Part shown: piece by piece, positions 51,539 through 61,535 of the stretch | How the letters are laid out: the number at the start of each line of letters is the position of its first letter | Position numbering within the stretch: the first letter of the stretch is position 1 | Assembly (NCBI GenBank): GCA_963554175.1 | Contig: CAUVQU010000002.1 | Coordinates: 10,714 to 74,713, forward strand | Length of the DNA stretch: 64,000 nt | From: an uncultured Candidatus Saccharibacteria bacterium | GTDB taxonomy: Bacteria > Patescibacteriota > Saccharimonadia > Saccharimonadales > Saccharimonadaceae | Direction of reading: 5' to 3' | The notes under the pieces: model-generated | Database searches by the model: none | What the model was told of the DNA's origin: nothing | The model's input: the letters and a program-made list of their open reading frames with translations, nothing else | Translations under genes and position numbers: made by a program

Positions 51539-53359
51539 ATGGATAACGTCGAGGAAGTCGATCTAGATCGCGTAGACTGGAAAAGTAGTCGCGAGTTCTT
51601 TGAATCATTAGGCGAAGCATTGGGCAAACTAGACGACAAGGATGAGTCGTACAACTTTACCTGGGTTGGTAAGCGAAAGTCCATTATTGAAGCTGGTGCA
51701 CCGATTAATAAAATTCTTCGTCCAGGCGTGGAAGCCTCCAAAGATTTTGACAATACAAAGAACATGCTCATTGTTGGTGATAACCTTGACGCACTAAAAC
51801 TCCTCCAAGAATCATATCTCGGTAAAATAAAAATGATTTATATTGATCCTCCATACAATACAGGTCATGACTTTGTGTACCACGACAACTTTACGATTAA
51901 AAAAGCCGACTTTGAGGATGATTCTATGGATTCTGATGGTAATGTAATTATCTCCGAAGACGAGTATGTCGAAAATTCAAAGACTAATGGCCGATATCAT
52001 TCTGATTGGCTTTCGATGATGTATCCGAGATTGAAGTTGGCGAGAAATTTACTCACAGAAGGTGGGGTTATATTTGTCTCGATTGATGATAATGAACAGG
52101 CGAACTTAAAGAAGTTATGTGATGAGATTTTTGGGGAAGATAATTTTATTTGCTCGTTTATTTGGGAAAAACATAAAGCGCCTAAGAATGACAATAAATA
52201 TGTAGCAGCGAATCATGAATACATTTTGCTTTATGCTAAAGATAAAAATAGTTTTGTGATAAAAAAAGATACCAGAAGTGAAGATAATCTGAATAGTTTT
52301 AGAAATAAAGACAATGACCCTAGAGGAAAATGGATTTCTGGTCCATTATTAGCGCCAACATTTTCACATTCGACTGTTTTTCCAATCATTAATCCTCATG
52401 GCGAGGAAATATATCCACCTGCTGGCAAATGCTGGTCTTTTAATAAAACTGGGATGGAACGATTAATGTCTGAAAATCGTATTTGGTTTGGTTCTGATGG
52501 ACGTAATGTACCACGTATTAAGCGTTTTTTGTCAGAGCTGCCAGACGGGCTAGTCCCGAGGAGTATATTATCTCATGATGTCTATGGTGGAACCCAAAAG
52601 GCTGCTAACGATTTGAAAAAAATATTTGCCGACAAGAAGATATTTGATTTTTCAAAGCCAGTTGATTTAATAAAATATTTCATTAATAAAGCAAGTAACA
52701 TAGATGATGTAATTCTTGACTTCTTTGCTGGCTCTGGCACCACTGGTCATGCAGTTATGGACTTAAATGCTGAAGATTGCGGAAAGCGTCAGTACATTTG
52801 TGTGCAGCTTGATGAAAAAACTGATGAAAAATCTGAAGCTAAAAAAGCTGGATATGACACCATTGATCAAATCACCGCCGAGCGTCTCCGTCGTGCTGGA
52901 GATAAGATCATGCAAGAGCACCCGGACGCTGATATAGATACAGGCTTCCGTTTATTGCGTATAGATAGCAATAATGAAAAAGACGGCATACGTAAACCAT
53001 TAAGTAAAATTGGGCAGACAGATATTTTTGATTCCATTGATAATATTAAAAAAGACCGCACGCCACTCGATTTACTCTTTGGCGTCGTTTACGTCTCCGC
53101 TCTTCCGTTCGACCTCAAACTCGAAACACGTAAGATTGGCGAAAATACAGTATATCTTTATGGCTACCTCGATGAGGGTACCGGTCTTGTAGCTTGTTTC
53201 GATGACAATATCCCAGAAGAAACAATTAAGGAAATCGCAAACCTCAAAGCACTGACTGCCGCATTCAAAGATTCGTCATTTGCTGGTTCTGCCGCAAAGA
53301 TTAATCTTTCTGAACACTTCCGTATTATTAGTCCTGATACGAGAGTCAAGGTAATCTAA
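51539..53359 (+). CDS. mod: Type III R-M DNA methyltransferase (Mod), beta-class N6A/N4C
   Basis: MIYIDPPYNTG (motif IV) precedes DFFAGSGTTGHAV (motif I). Start at ATG 51539, which follows GGAGGA. Confidence 0.85.
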   Translation: MDNVEEVDLDRVDWKSSREFFESLGEALGKLDDKDESYNFTWVGKRKSIIEAGAPINKILRPGVEASKDFDNTKNMLIVGDNLDALKLLQESYLGKIKMIYIDPPYNTGHDFVYHDNFTIKKADFEDDSMDSDGNVIISEDEYVENSKTNGRYHSDWLSMMYPRLKLARNLLTEGGVIFVSIDDNEQANLKKLCDEIFGEDNFICSFIWEKHKAPKNDNKYVAANHEYILLYAKDKNSFVIKKDTRSEDNLNSFRNKDNDPRGKWISGPLLAPTFSHSTVFPIINPHGEEIYPPAGKCWSFNKTGMERLMSENRIWFGSDGRNVPRIKRFLSELPDGLVPRSILSHDVYGGTQKAANDLKKIFADKKIFDFSKPVDLIKYFINKASNIDDVILDFFAGSGTTGHAVMDLNAEDCGKRQYICVQLDEKTDEKSEAKKAGYDTIDQITAERLRRAGDKIMQEHPDADIDTGFRLLRIDSNNEKDGIRKPLSKIGQTDIFDSIDNIKKDRTPLDLLFGVVYVSALPFDLKLETRKIGENTVYLYGYLDEGTGLVACFDDNIPEETIKEIANLKALTAAFKDSSFAGSAAKINLSEHFRIISPDTRVKVI

Positions 53360-54384
53360 TGAATAGTGATAAAAATAGTGAGATCATATTTTATGAGGGG
53401 GAAGATAAAAGTCTTCGTATTAAAGCATTCATTAAAGATGAAACGGTCTGGCTAAACCAAACGCAGCTAGCTGAGTTGTTCCAGACAACCAAGCAACTTA
53501 TCAGTTATCATTTGAAGAATATTTTCGATGAGAAAGAGCTTGCAAAAGACGCAACTGTCAAAGAATTTTTGACAGTTCAAAATGAAGGAGAGCGAGAGGT
53601 GTCGAGAAATATCGAGTTTTATAATCTCGATGTAATTATATCTCTCGGCTACCGTATCAACTCGAAGATTGCTACCGCTTTTCGTCAATGGGCGACTTTA
53701 AGGCTCAAGGAATATATTATTAAAGGTTTTACCTTAGACGATGAGCGTCTCAAACAAAACGGTGGCCGCTATTTCAAAGAGCTCTTGCAGAGAGTTCGCG
53801 ACATTAGAAGCAGTGAACGTAACCTCTGGCAGCAAGTAACCGATATTTATGCTACTTCGATTGACTATGACAAAAATTCTGAAACAACAAAGAAATTCTT
53901 TGCCACGGTTCAAAACAAAATGCACTATGCCGTCCATCAACAGACCGCCGCTGAAGTTATTTATAATCGTGTCAATAGCGAAAAACCAATGATCGGTATG
54001 ACCAATTTTAAAGGCGATTATATTACAAAAGCTGATACACATATTGCAAAGAATTATCTTAAGGAAGATGAGCTAAATATCCTAAACTTGCTCGTCAGTC
54101 GTTTTCTTGACTATGCCGAACTTCAAGCGATCTCCGAAAAAGTTATGACGATGAACGACTGGAAAGAGCGACTGGATATGGAACTAAAATCTGTCGGTCG
54201 CGAGATTCTACTAGACAACGGCAAAATTTCTCATGAAGAGGCTATCAAAAAAGCCGATACCGAATATGATAGGTATCGACAAAAAGAACTTGAGAATTAC
54301 GAAAGCGATTTTGACCGTGCAGTAGAGGAATTAACTAAAGAAGCGAAGCGCATAGGAGGAGGAAAAGATGAAGCTAAGATTTAA
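53359..54384 (+). CDS. rhuM: RhuM-family protein embedded between mod and res
   Basis: IIFYEGEDKSLRIKAFIKDETVWLNQTQLAELFQTTKQLISYHLKNIFDEKEL...NLDVIISLGYRINSKIATAFRQWAT matches the RhuM family by eye. TAATG overlap with mod. Confidence 0.7.
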   Translation: MNSDKNSEIIFYEGEDKSLRIKAFIKDETVWLNQTQLAELFQTTKQLISYHLKNIFDEKELAKDATVKEFLTVQNEGEREVSRNIEFYNLDVIISLGYRINSKIATAFRQWATLRLKEYIIKGFTLDDERLKQNGGRYFKELLQRVRDIRSSERNLWQQVTDIYATSIDYDKNSETTKKFFATVQNKMHYAVHQQTAAEVIYNRVNSEKPMIGMTNFKGDYITKADTHIAKNYLKEDELNILNLLVSRFLDYAELQAISEKVMTMNDWKERLDMELKSVGREILLDNGKISHEEAIKKADTEYDRYRQKELENYESDFDRAVEELTKEAKRIGGGKDEAKI

Positions 54385-57300
54385 ACATCAAAGATTCCAA
54401 GAGGACGCCGTTAAAGCTACTTGCGATATCTTCACTGGCCAGATCAAATCCGACCACCGCTTCCTTGTGGACCAAGGCGATGCAGATGGAACAGTGTTCG
54501 CCCAGCTCGAACAAGCAGGTTTTGGCAACGCAGATATTTCCCTACAAGACGCGCAGTTGATTAAAAATCTCCATGAAGTCCAAGGATTGCAAAATATTTC
54601 CCGTAATGCGAAGATAGAACGCCTCAATGGCCGACTGGTATTTACGATCGAGATGGAAACCGGTACGGGTAAAACCTATACCTATATCAAGACAATGTAT
54701 GAGCTTAATAAACAGTACAGCTGGTGCAAGTTTATCGTCGTGGTACCGAGTATTGCGATTCGCGAGGGCGTCTATAAAACCTTCCAGACAACAGCAGATC
54801 ATTTCGCCGAAGATTATGGTAAGCGCATTCGTTTTTTCATCTACAACTCTTCTAAACTAAGCGAACTCGAGCAGTTCTCCGAAGATTCCAACATTAATGT
54901 GATGATTATCAACACACAAGCATTCAACGCTCGTGGCGCCGACGCTCGTCGTATCTATATGCAACTCGATTCGTTCCGCTCTCGCAAACCAATCGATGTA
55001 GTTGCGGCGACAAAGCCAATCATTATCGTTGATGAGCCGCAAAGTGTGCTCGGTACAGATAGAAATGCAAACGTAACTCGCGAAAGCATTGCAAAATTCA
55101 ATCCACTATTCTTCTTGAATTATTCCGCTACGCATCGCGAAGACTTTAATAAAGTTTACCGCCTTGATGCTGTCGATGCATACCAGAAACAACTCGTAAA
55201 GAAAATTACTGTCAAAGGTATTACTGTTAGGGGTGGAACTGCAACAAATGGATATCTCTATCTCCAGAAGATTAATACTTATCCGAATAAGAAGCCGACT
55301 GCAACTGTCGTGTTCGAGTTTGGCACAAAAACAGGTGGCGGAATCCTTCGCAAAACTAAAACGCTTGTTCTGGGCGATGACATTTACGTCCACTCCGGTG
55401 AGCTTGAAGCGTATCATGACGGATACAAAATCTCAGAGATTAATGCTCGTGACGAGGAAGGCTATGTTGACTTCGTAAACGGTATTCGTATTCACGAGGG
55501 CGAAGTTATCGGTGAAACTAGTGCAGATGATTTACGCCGCATTCAAATTCGTGAAACAATCATGTCGCATCTTGAGACAGAACGAAAACTCTATAAGAAA
55601 GGTATTAAGGTTCTCTCGCTCTTCTTTATTGACAAAGTAGCCGAATATAAATATTACGATGAAAATGGTGAGCAAAAAGGAACTTATGCAAAGATATTCG
55701 AAGAGGAATTCGGAAAAGCAATAGATATTTATCTGAACCAACAGCTTCAATTCGAAGAGGACGCCGACTTTCGCAGTTATCTAGAGAAATTCTCTCCATC
55801 AGAAATTCATGCAGGGTACTTCTCGATTAATAATAAAGGTCACGCAGTTGATAGTAAGGAAAGTAAAGATGGCGGCTCTGACGACGTATCAGCCTACGAT
55901 CTTATTATGAAGAATAAGGAACGTCTGCTCGACTTCAGAGAGCCAGTTCGCTTTATCTTCTCTCACTCTGCTCTCCGTGAGGGTTGGGATAATCCGAATG
56001 TTTTTCAGATCTGTACACTTCGCGAATCTAATGCTGAGATTAAGAAGCGTCAGGAAATTGGGCGTGGTCTCCGACTTTGCGTAGATCAGAACGGTATTCG
56101 TCAGGACGCAGAGGTCCTCGGTGAGAGTCTGGTGCATGATATAAATATTTTGACAGTAATTGCTAATGAAAGCTACGAAAGTTTTGCGAACAGTTTACAG
56201 AGTGAATTCAATGAGATTATCGCGAAGCGTCCTAAAGATGCTTCAGCCTCGCTATTTATCGGAAGAGTTTTACAGGATGAGAGTGGCGCCAGGTCTACTG
56301 TTATTGACGACAATGCAGCAGCTGATATTTATGCTGGACTAGTAATGGCTGGACTTGTTGATAGGATCTCTAAACAATTAACGGAAGATTATCACGCACT
56401 AAATGATGAGATGAAGGTACAGAAGATTCGCGAGGCGGTTGGTGATTTGTATACGCCATATGCGGAGAATATTGAGAATATTCTTGCTTCTATTTATGAT
56501 CCAAAGAGGGGGCAGCTTGTAACTAATGCACGCCGCTCTGAGAAGCTTAATCTTAATCCAGAAAAGTTTGCGTCAAAGAAGTTTAAGGAATTATGGAACC
56601 GGATTAATGAGAAAACTTATTATACGGTTGAATTTGATGAGAGTGAACTTGTTGAGAGATGTATTAATTCCCTGAATAGGAATTTACGAGTGACTAAAAC
56701 TGAGGTTATTATTACTGAGGGTCTTTTGAAAACTGCTGGCAAAGATAAACTTGAGATGTATAAGAATAGAATTGGCACGCCAATCACTATCTCTGAGTTA
56801 GTGAACGACAGGATTCAATACGATCTACTCTCCGAGCTATCGAAGTCGCAAAACGACGGCGGTACAAGTTTGACGCGCAAAGCTATTGCGGACATCCTTA
56901 CCGGAATCGAACCAATCGTATTTAACCTCTTTAAGACGAACCCAGAAGAATTTATTCATAATGCAATTCAATTAATTAACGAACAAAAAGCTTCAACAGT
57001 GGTTGAGCATATTCAGTACGATAAGTTGAACGAAAAGTGGGATGGCGGCGAGATTTTTATTAACAGCGATATTATGGGCGAATATGGAAATAATCTGATT
57101 GATACGCCAAATCATCATCTATACGATAAGCTTCGTTATGATTCGGATATCGAGAAGAATTTTGCGGAGGAGCTGGATAAAAGTGAGGCGGTTGAAGTGT
57201 ACGTGAAGCTTCCGAGGAAGTTCTATATTGATACGCCAATGGGCCATTATAACCCAGATTGGGCGATCGCGTTTAAGGACGAAGCTGGCGTGAAGCATAT

Positions 57301-57478
57301 CTATTTTGTTGCGGAAACAAAGGGGGTGAACGAGGGGCAGCTAGATGTCGGAGTTAAGGGGATCGAGAAGGCGAAGATCGAGTGCGCCAGGAAGCACTTT
57401 GCAAAAATTAGCAATGGTGACTGTATTTATGGTGTATGTAATTCTTACGAGAAGTTGCTGGAGCTTGTGAGGGGATAA
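54368..57478 (+). CDS. res: Type III restriction enzyme, Res subunit (helicase plus PD-(D/E)xK nuclease)
   Basis: METGTGKTYTY (Walker A), IIVDEPQ (DEAH-like), C-terminal NPDWAIAF...FVAETKG nuclease motif. Start overlaps the end of rhuM by 17 nt. Confidence 0.85.
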   Translation: MKLRFKHQRFQEDAVKATCDIFTGQIKSDHRFLVDQGDADGTVFAQLEQAGFGNADISLQDAQLIKNLHEVQGLQNISRNAKIERLNGRLVFTIEMETGTGKTYTYIKTMYELNKQYSWCKFIVVVPSIAIREGVYKTFQTTADHFAEDYGKRIRFFIYNSSKLSELEQFSEDSNINVMIINTQAFNARGADARRIYMQLDSFRSRKPIDVVAATKPIIIVDEPQSVLGTDRNANVTRESIAKFNPLFFLNYSATHREDFNKVYRLDAVDAYQKQLVKKITVKGITVRGGTATNGYLYLQKINTYPNKKPTATVVFEFGTKTGGGILRKTKTLVLGDDIYVHSGELEAYHDGYKISEINARDEEGYVDFVNGIRIHEGEVIGETSADDLRRIQIRETIMSHLETERKLYKKGIKVLSLFFIDKVAEYKYYDENGEQKGTYAKIFEEEFGKAIDIYLNQQLQFEEDADFRSYLEKFSPSEIHAGYFSINNKGHAVDSKESKDGGSDDVSAYDLIMKNKERLLDFREPVRFIFSHSALREGWDNPNVFQICTLRESNAEIKKRQEIGRGLRLCVDQNGIRQDAEVLGESLVHDINILTVIANESYESFANSLQSEFNEIIAKRPKDASASLFIGRVLQDESGARSTVIDDNAAADIYAGLVMAGLVDRISKQLTEDYHALNDEMKVQKIREAVGDLYTPYAENIENILASIYDPKRGQLVTNARRSEKLNLNPEKFASKKFKELWNRINEKTYYTVEFDESELVERCINSLNRNLRVTKTEVIITEGLLKTAGKDKLEMYKNRIGTPITISELVNDRIQYDLLSELSKSQNDGGTSLTRKAIADILTGIEPIVFNLFKTNPEEFIHNAIQLINEQKASTVVEHIQYDKLNEKWDGGEIFINSDIMGEYGNNLIDTPNHHLYDKLRYDSDIEKNFAEELDKSEAVEVYVKLPRKFYIDTPMGHYNPDWAIAFKDEAGVKHIYFVAETKGVNEGQLDVGVKGIEKAKIECARKHFAKISNGDCIYGVCNSYEKLLELVRG

Positions 57479-57517
57479 AATTTGATTTCATGAGGAACGC
57501 AAAGGAGATTAAGGCTA

Positions 57518-58588
57518 GTGAACAATCCTAAACATAGTGAGCAATCTGAACAAATGGTTGACCCAGGAGATGTTTCTCATATTGCTACTCAAATCCTAAT
57601 AGTTGCCAGAGATTTTGGTGTTAATGCTGAAGCTGTTGGCGCGAATATTGGTCCTACGTTTACCGAATATGAGTTTACGATTCTTGATAGTTCGTTTGAC
57701 GACGATATTCTGGCAAGTTTTGAAGAAAGACTCTCAGTCGATCTAAAATGTGGTTCAGCTATAAGGTGTACTCGTACGGATAAGAAGTTAGGGATAGTGG
57801 TTCCTCATATAAAACGTCTATACCCGGATTTTCAGTCATATGTTATAAGTCACTTGGGTGATTATAAAGACAAAATAATTTTTCCCATAGGACTAGATCT
57901 TGACGGAAAAACTTTTTACTCCTCTCTTGATAAAACCTCAAATATTCTAGTGTGTGGTAGTGCTGGTTCTGGCAAATCAATGTTTATTCATCAGATTCTT
58001 TGTTCGTTAGCTTTCAATAATAAGCCAGAAGACTTAGGGTTAGTGCTAATCGATACAAAAGCAGTTGAACTTGACCTGTATAAGGATCTTAAGTATTTGG
58101 TATTTCCCTTTGCAAACTCAGTAGATAAAGCTAATGATGCACTAACATGGGTAATAAATGTAATATCCAATCGAAAGACCAATGAGCAGGTAAAACATAA
58201 GCCAATCTTAGTTGTAATTGATGAATTTGCTGACTGTGCAATCAGTAATAAAAGGTTTCATACCCAAATAGAGTTTATTGTTGAAAAAGGGCCTGCTTTC
58301 AATGTTTATATTATTATGGCATCGCAAAGCCCTCGCTATTTCATCTATGATAATTATAAAGCCCATGATGACTTAAACTATAAAATGTTGAATAAGCTTT
58401 TTAAAACAAGAGTTATATTTTATATGTCTTATGATTCAAAAAAATTAATTAATGAAGACGCTGCAAAGTACCTATTAGGAATAGGTGATATGTTTTTTTC
58501 TTGCGAGAATAAGTGTTTAAGATTACAGGGATTCCATGTTAAGGATGGCACAATTAAAAAGCTCTGTGATGGTAATTTATGGGTATAA
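57518..58588 (+). CDS. FtsK/SpoIIIE-like P-loop ATPase (soluble, no gamma domain)
   Basis: GTG start follows AAGGAG. IGPTFTEYEFTI, Walker A VCGSAGSGKSMF, Walker B LVVIDEFAD. Confidence 0.7.
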   Translation: MNNPKHSEQSEQMVDPGDVSHIATQILIVARDFGVNAEAVGANIGPTFTEYEFTILDSSFDDDILASFEERLSVDLKCGSAIRCTRTDKKLGIVVPHIKRLYPDFQSYVISHLGDYKDKIIFPIGLDLDGKTFYSSLDKTSNILVCGSAGSGKSMFIHQILCSLAFNNKPEDLGLVLIDTKAVELDLYKDLKYLVFPFANSVDKANDALTWVINVISNRKTNEQVKHKPILVVIDEFADCAISNKRFHTQIEFIVEKGPAFNVYIIMASQSPRYFIYDNYKAHDDLNYKMLNKLFKTRVIFYMSYDSKKLINEDAAKYLLGIGDMFFSCENKCLRLQGFHVKDGTIKKLCDGNLWV

Positions 58589-58595
58589 TAGTGCT

Positions 58596-59372
58596 ATGAA
58601 TGCTAGTCAAAACAAGTATCCGTCAGTTGTCTTAGGACTTGACAAGGACGGCAATGAAATAACTCATACATTTGGTCCAAGAGAAGCGGTTACTCTTATG
58701 GCTGGAACTTGTGGCAATGGGCGCTCAGTATTAATTAATCGAATGCTTACGCAACTTATTACGAAATATTTTTCTGACGGAATTCAATTCATTATCGCCG
58801 ATACAATAGGAATATCTTTTAATAGCTACAAAGGCTTGCCGTGTCTAATAAAAGATCCTCTAACGAAACCGGAAGAAATCCGTGAAATGATGGACTGGAT
58901 TTTAGCAGAAAATGAACGTAGGGTTGCCATTATTAAAGAAAGTGATGATAAGAAAAAAGCGATCGAGAATTTCCCTGCTATTATTTTCGTAATTGATGAA
59001 TACTCCTATCTATTCAAAAGAGGGGTGTTTGAGACAAAAGATATGTTTTTATTCCTGCTAAAGTTTGTAAAACTCAGCAGATATACGAATACCCACATAA
59101 TACTCTCGACGCAAAGACGTGAAAAAGAATTTATTACTACGCTTGATCTAAACTATATGGATACCAGAATGATTTTTCACTGTCTAGATGAAGTAGAGTC
59201 TGAAAGATTAATATCCTCACCCGATGCGGTAAATCTCAAACAAGGCGAATTTCTATATATGAATATGAATAGATACATGACTGAGCCAGTTTTCTGTAGC
59301 TTCGAGAATTTTACTGATAAAGACGTTAGGGAGCAAATCAAATCTATAACAAGTCTATCTTTGACGAGATAG
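58596..59372 (+). CDS. FtsK-like ATPase paralog with an atypical Walker A (GNGRS)
   Basis: MAGTCGNGRSVLINRML (Lys replaced by Arg), Walker B IFVIDEYSYL. Start chosen at ATG 58596, just after the upstream stop. Confidence 0.6.
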   Translation: MNASQNKYPSVVLGLDKDGNEITHTFGPREAVTLMAGTCGNGRSVLINRMLTQLITKYFSDGIQFIIADTIGISFNSYKGLPCLIKDPLTKPEEIREMMDWILAENERRVAIIKESDDKKKAIENFPAIIFVIDEYSYLFKRGVFETKDMFLFLLKFVKLSRYTNTHIILSTQRREKEFITTLDLNYMDTRMIFHCLDEVESERLISSPDAVNLKQGEFLYMNMNRYMTEPVFCSFENFTDKDVREQIKSITSLSLTR

Positions 59373-59407
59373 GTAAAGATCTAGACTTTAAGTGGTACAA
59401 TCATATT

Positions 59408-61531
59408 ATGAAACCAGACGCAACATCAATTCTGTCTTTTATAAATAGTGCGGATAAGACTTTTGTGATTCCTGTCTACCAGAGGAATTATTCTTGGAGT
59501 GCCGAGGAGTGCGGCAAATTATTTGAGGATTTACTTGATTCCATGAAGACTGGCAAGCGCCATTATTTTGGGAATATCGTATTCTACGCTAAAGAAACTA
59601 ATGCCTGGGCAGGATACTCTGAGCTCATTCTCATTGATGGACAACAGAGAGTCACGACGACTATGCTGCTTCTTGCTGCGATTCGTGATGTTGAGGAAGA
59701 TGAGGTTAAGCGATCTAAGATTACAAATACTTACCTATTAAACCGAAATAGTGACACTAAGGAGCGAGTGAAGCTCAAACAGATCGAATCTGATAGAGAT
59801 ATTTATGAGTCGATTATTAACGGTGAATTTGACGAGTCGTCAGATAGTAATGCGAGTAGAAACTACAAAACATTCAAGCGATTGATTCGTGAATCTGGTG
59901 TTAAAACTGACGATATTCTAAATGCAATTAATAATCTTGAAGTTGTGGCTTTGGATCTGAAATTAAATGAAAATAAAGAACGCACGGAGTCACCACAGAT
60001 TATTTTTGAGAGTATCAACGCTACCGGCAAGCCACTGTCTACTGCTGATTTACTTAGAAATTATCTGCTGCTCGGTATTGATGATTCAGAACAAGAAAGA
60101 TATTACAAGGACTATTGGCTTATTATCGAAAAAGGTATTGGCGATGCGAATATTTCCGACTTCATTAATAAATATTTAATTATGAAAATTGGCGATAACG
60201 TAAATAAAAATACGGAATATGCCGAGTTTAAAAAATATCTTTCTAAAAACAATATTGAAGCGATTGCGGCGCTTAGGGATCTTGCGCATTATTCAAAATA
60301 TTATGGATGGATACAGGATCCGATGAGGGCGAAGGATTTTGATAAAAAAGTTTCTCTTTGTCTTGAGGACTTGAGAGAACTCAAAACGGCTTCCATGTCT
60401 CCACTGTTACTTTTCTTGCTGGAAAAAGCGGATGATGATGCTGTGATTGGCTTTAGTTCTAGTGAATTATTGGGTGCGTTGCTGGTTCTAGAGTCCTGGG
60501 CATTTCGTGCACGCGTTGCTGGTTCATTAACAAGCGGTGCGTTTAATACGATTAGCTCGACTAGTCTTCTGAATAACTTGAAGCGCGCCAAAGAAGATGA
60601 TTACCACCATCAAATTAGGTTTGAACTTTCAAATTATCGTACGTATGATATCTGGCCAAACGACAATGACTTTATGGAAGCTTTCAAGAAATATAACTTC
60701 TATAAAAATTATAATAAATATGTACAGAGGAAACTTGAGAATTTCATTTCCAATGATCATCATAATTGGCGACCGGATTCGATTGAACATATTATGCCGG
60801 AAACCCTCAGCGCGGACTGGAAGAAGCGGCTTGGTGAAAATTATAGCGAGATTCATGGTGAATATTTACATACGATCGGGAATCTGACGCCGCTCAATAT
60901 GACGGATAATATTATAAATTCCAATGATCCATTTGCCGTAAAACTTCCACAATATAAATCATCTAGTTGGAAGTTGACTCGTGATGTTTATGATGATTTT
61001 AAGGATGCTGAGAACTGGGGCGTGGCCGAGATTAATAGCCGTGCGGAGAATCTTGCGTATAAGGCTTCGAAAATTTGGTTTGGGCCTATGCAGCGTGAGA
61101 GGCAAATTGAAGCTGATGTAAAAAAGAAAACTGATGACTATCGTCGGATTCTTGCGGGCAGACTTGCTTGTGAAACAATTTTTTATATAAATTACGAAAA
61201 AGGTAAGGGGGAGAACAAACACCAAATCGATGCGAAAATGCGCATTGAAGTAATTGATGATAAACCACGTTTTATCGTGATGGCGGGGTCGAGAATCTTT
61301 CCTTATGCGCTTGAGGGAGTTAAGCCTATGTTCGAAGACAAGATCAGAAAGTGCGGATGGTATGATGAGGTGGTGCTTGAGGAAGATATTAATATCTTTG
61401 AAACACCTTCGGCGGCGTCGTGTTTTGTTGTGGGTGGCTCGTCAAATGGCTGGACATGGTGGATGAATGGAAATGGTGAATCGCTGGACGAAATAGTGGC
61501 AGACGATTTGGAAAGAAGTTACGAGGAGTAA
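59408..61531 (+). CDS. GmrSD-type DUF262-DUF1524 nuclease with a C-terminal DUF4357-like domain
   Basis: FVIPVYQRNYSW, LIDGQQRVTT (DUF262/ParB-like); DSIEHIMPE...GNLTPL (DUF1524 His-Me finger); ETPSAASCFVVGGSSNGWTWW (DUF4357-like, from memory). Confidence 0.75.
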   Translation: MKPDATSILSFINSADKTFVIPVYQRNYSWSAEECGKLFEDLLDSMKTGKRHYFGNIVFYAKETNAWAGYSELILIDGQQRVTTTMLLLAAIRDVEEDEVKRSKITNTYLLNRNSDTKERVKLKQIESDRDIYESIINGEFDESSDSNASRNYKTFKRLIRESGVKTDDILNAINNLEVVALDLKLNENKERTESPQIIFESINATGKPLSTADLLRNYLLLGIDDSEQERYYKDYWLIIEKGIGDANISDFINKYLIMKIGDNVNKNTEYAEFKKYLSKNNIEAIAALRDLAHYSKYYGWIQDPMRAKDFDKKVSLCLEDLRELKTASMSPLLLFLLEKADDDAVIGFSSSELLGALLVLESWAFRARVAGSLTSGAFNTISSTSLLNNLKRAKEDDYHHQIRFELSNYRTYDIWPNDNDFMEAFKKYNFYKNYNKYVQRKLENFISNDHHNWRPDSIEHIMPETLSADWKKRLGENYSEIHGEYLHTIGNLTPLNMTDNIINSNDPFAVKLPQYKSSSWKLTRDVYDDFKDAENWGVAEINSRAENLAYKASKIWFGPMQRERQIEADVKKKTDDYRRILAGRLACETIFYINYEKGKGENKHQIDAKMRIEVIDDKPRFIVMAGSRIFPYALEGVKPMFEDKIRKCGWYDEVVLEEDINIFETPSAASCFVVGGSSNGWTWWMNGNGESLDEIVADDLERSYEE

Positions 61532-61535
61532 ACAA

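Noticed and set aside
57518-59372. FtsK-like pair as a type VII secretion (EssC/EccC-like) ATPase
   Set aside because: There are no TM or FHA regions and no WXG100-like small genes or other secretion components nearby. The context (R-M, GmrSD) favours defence. This remains only a remote alternative.
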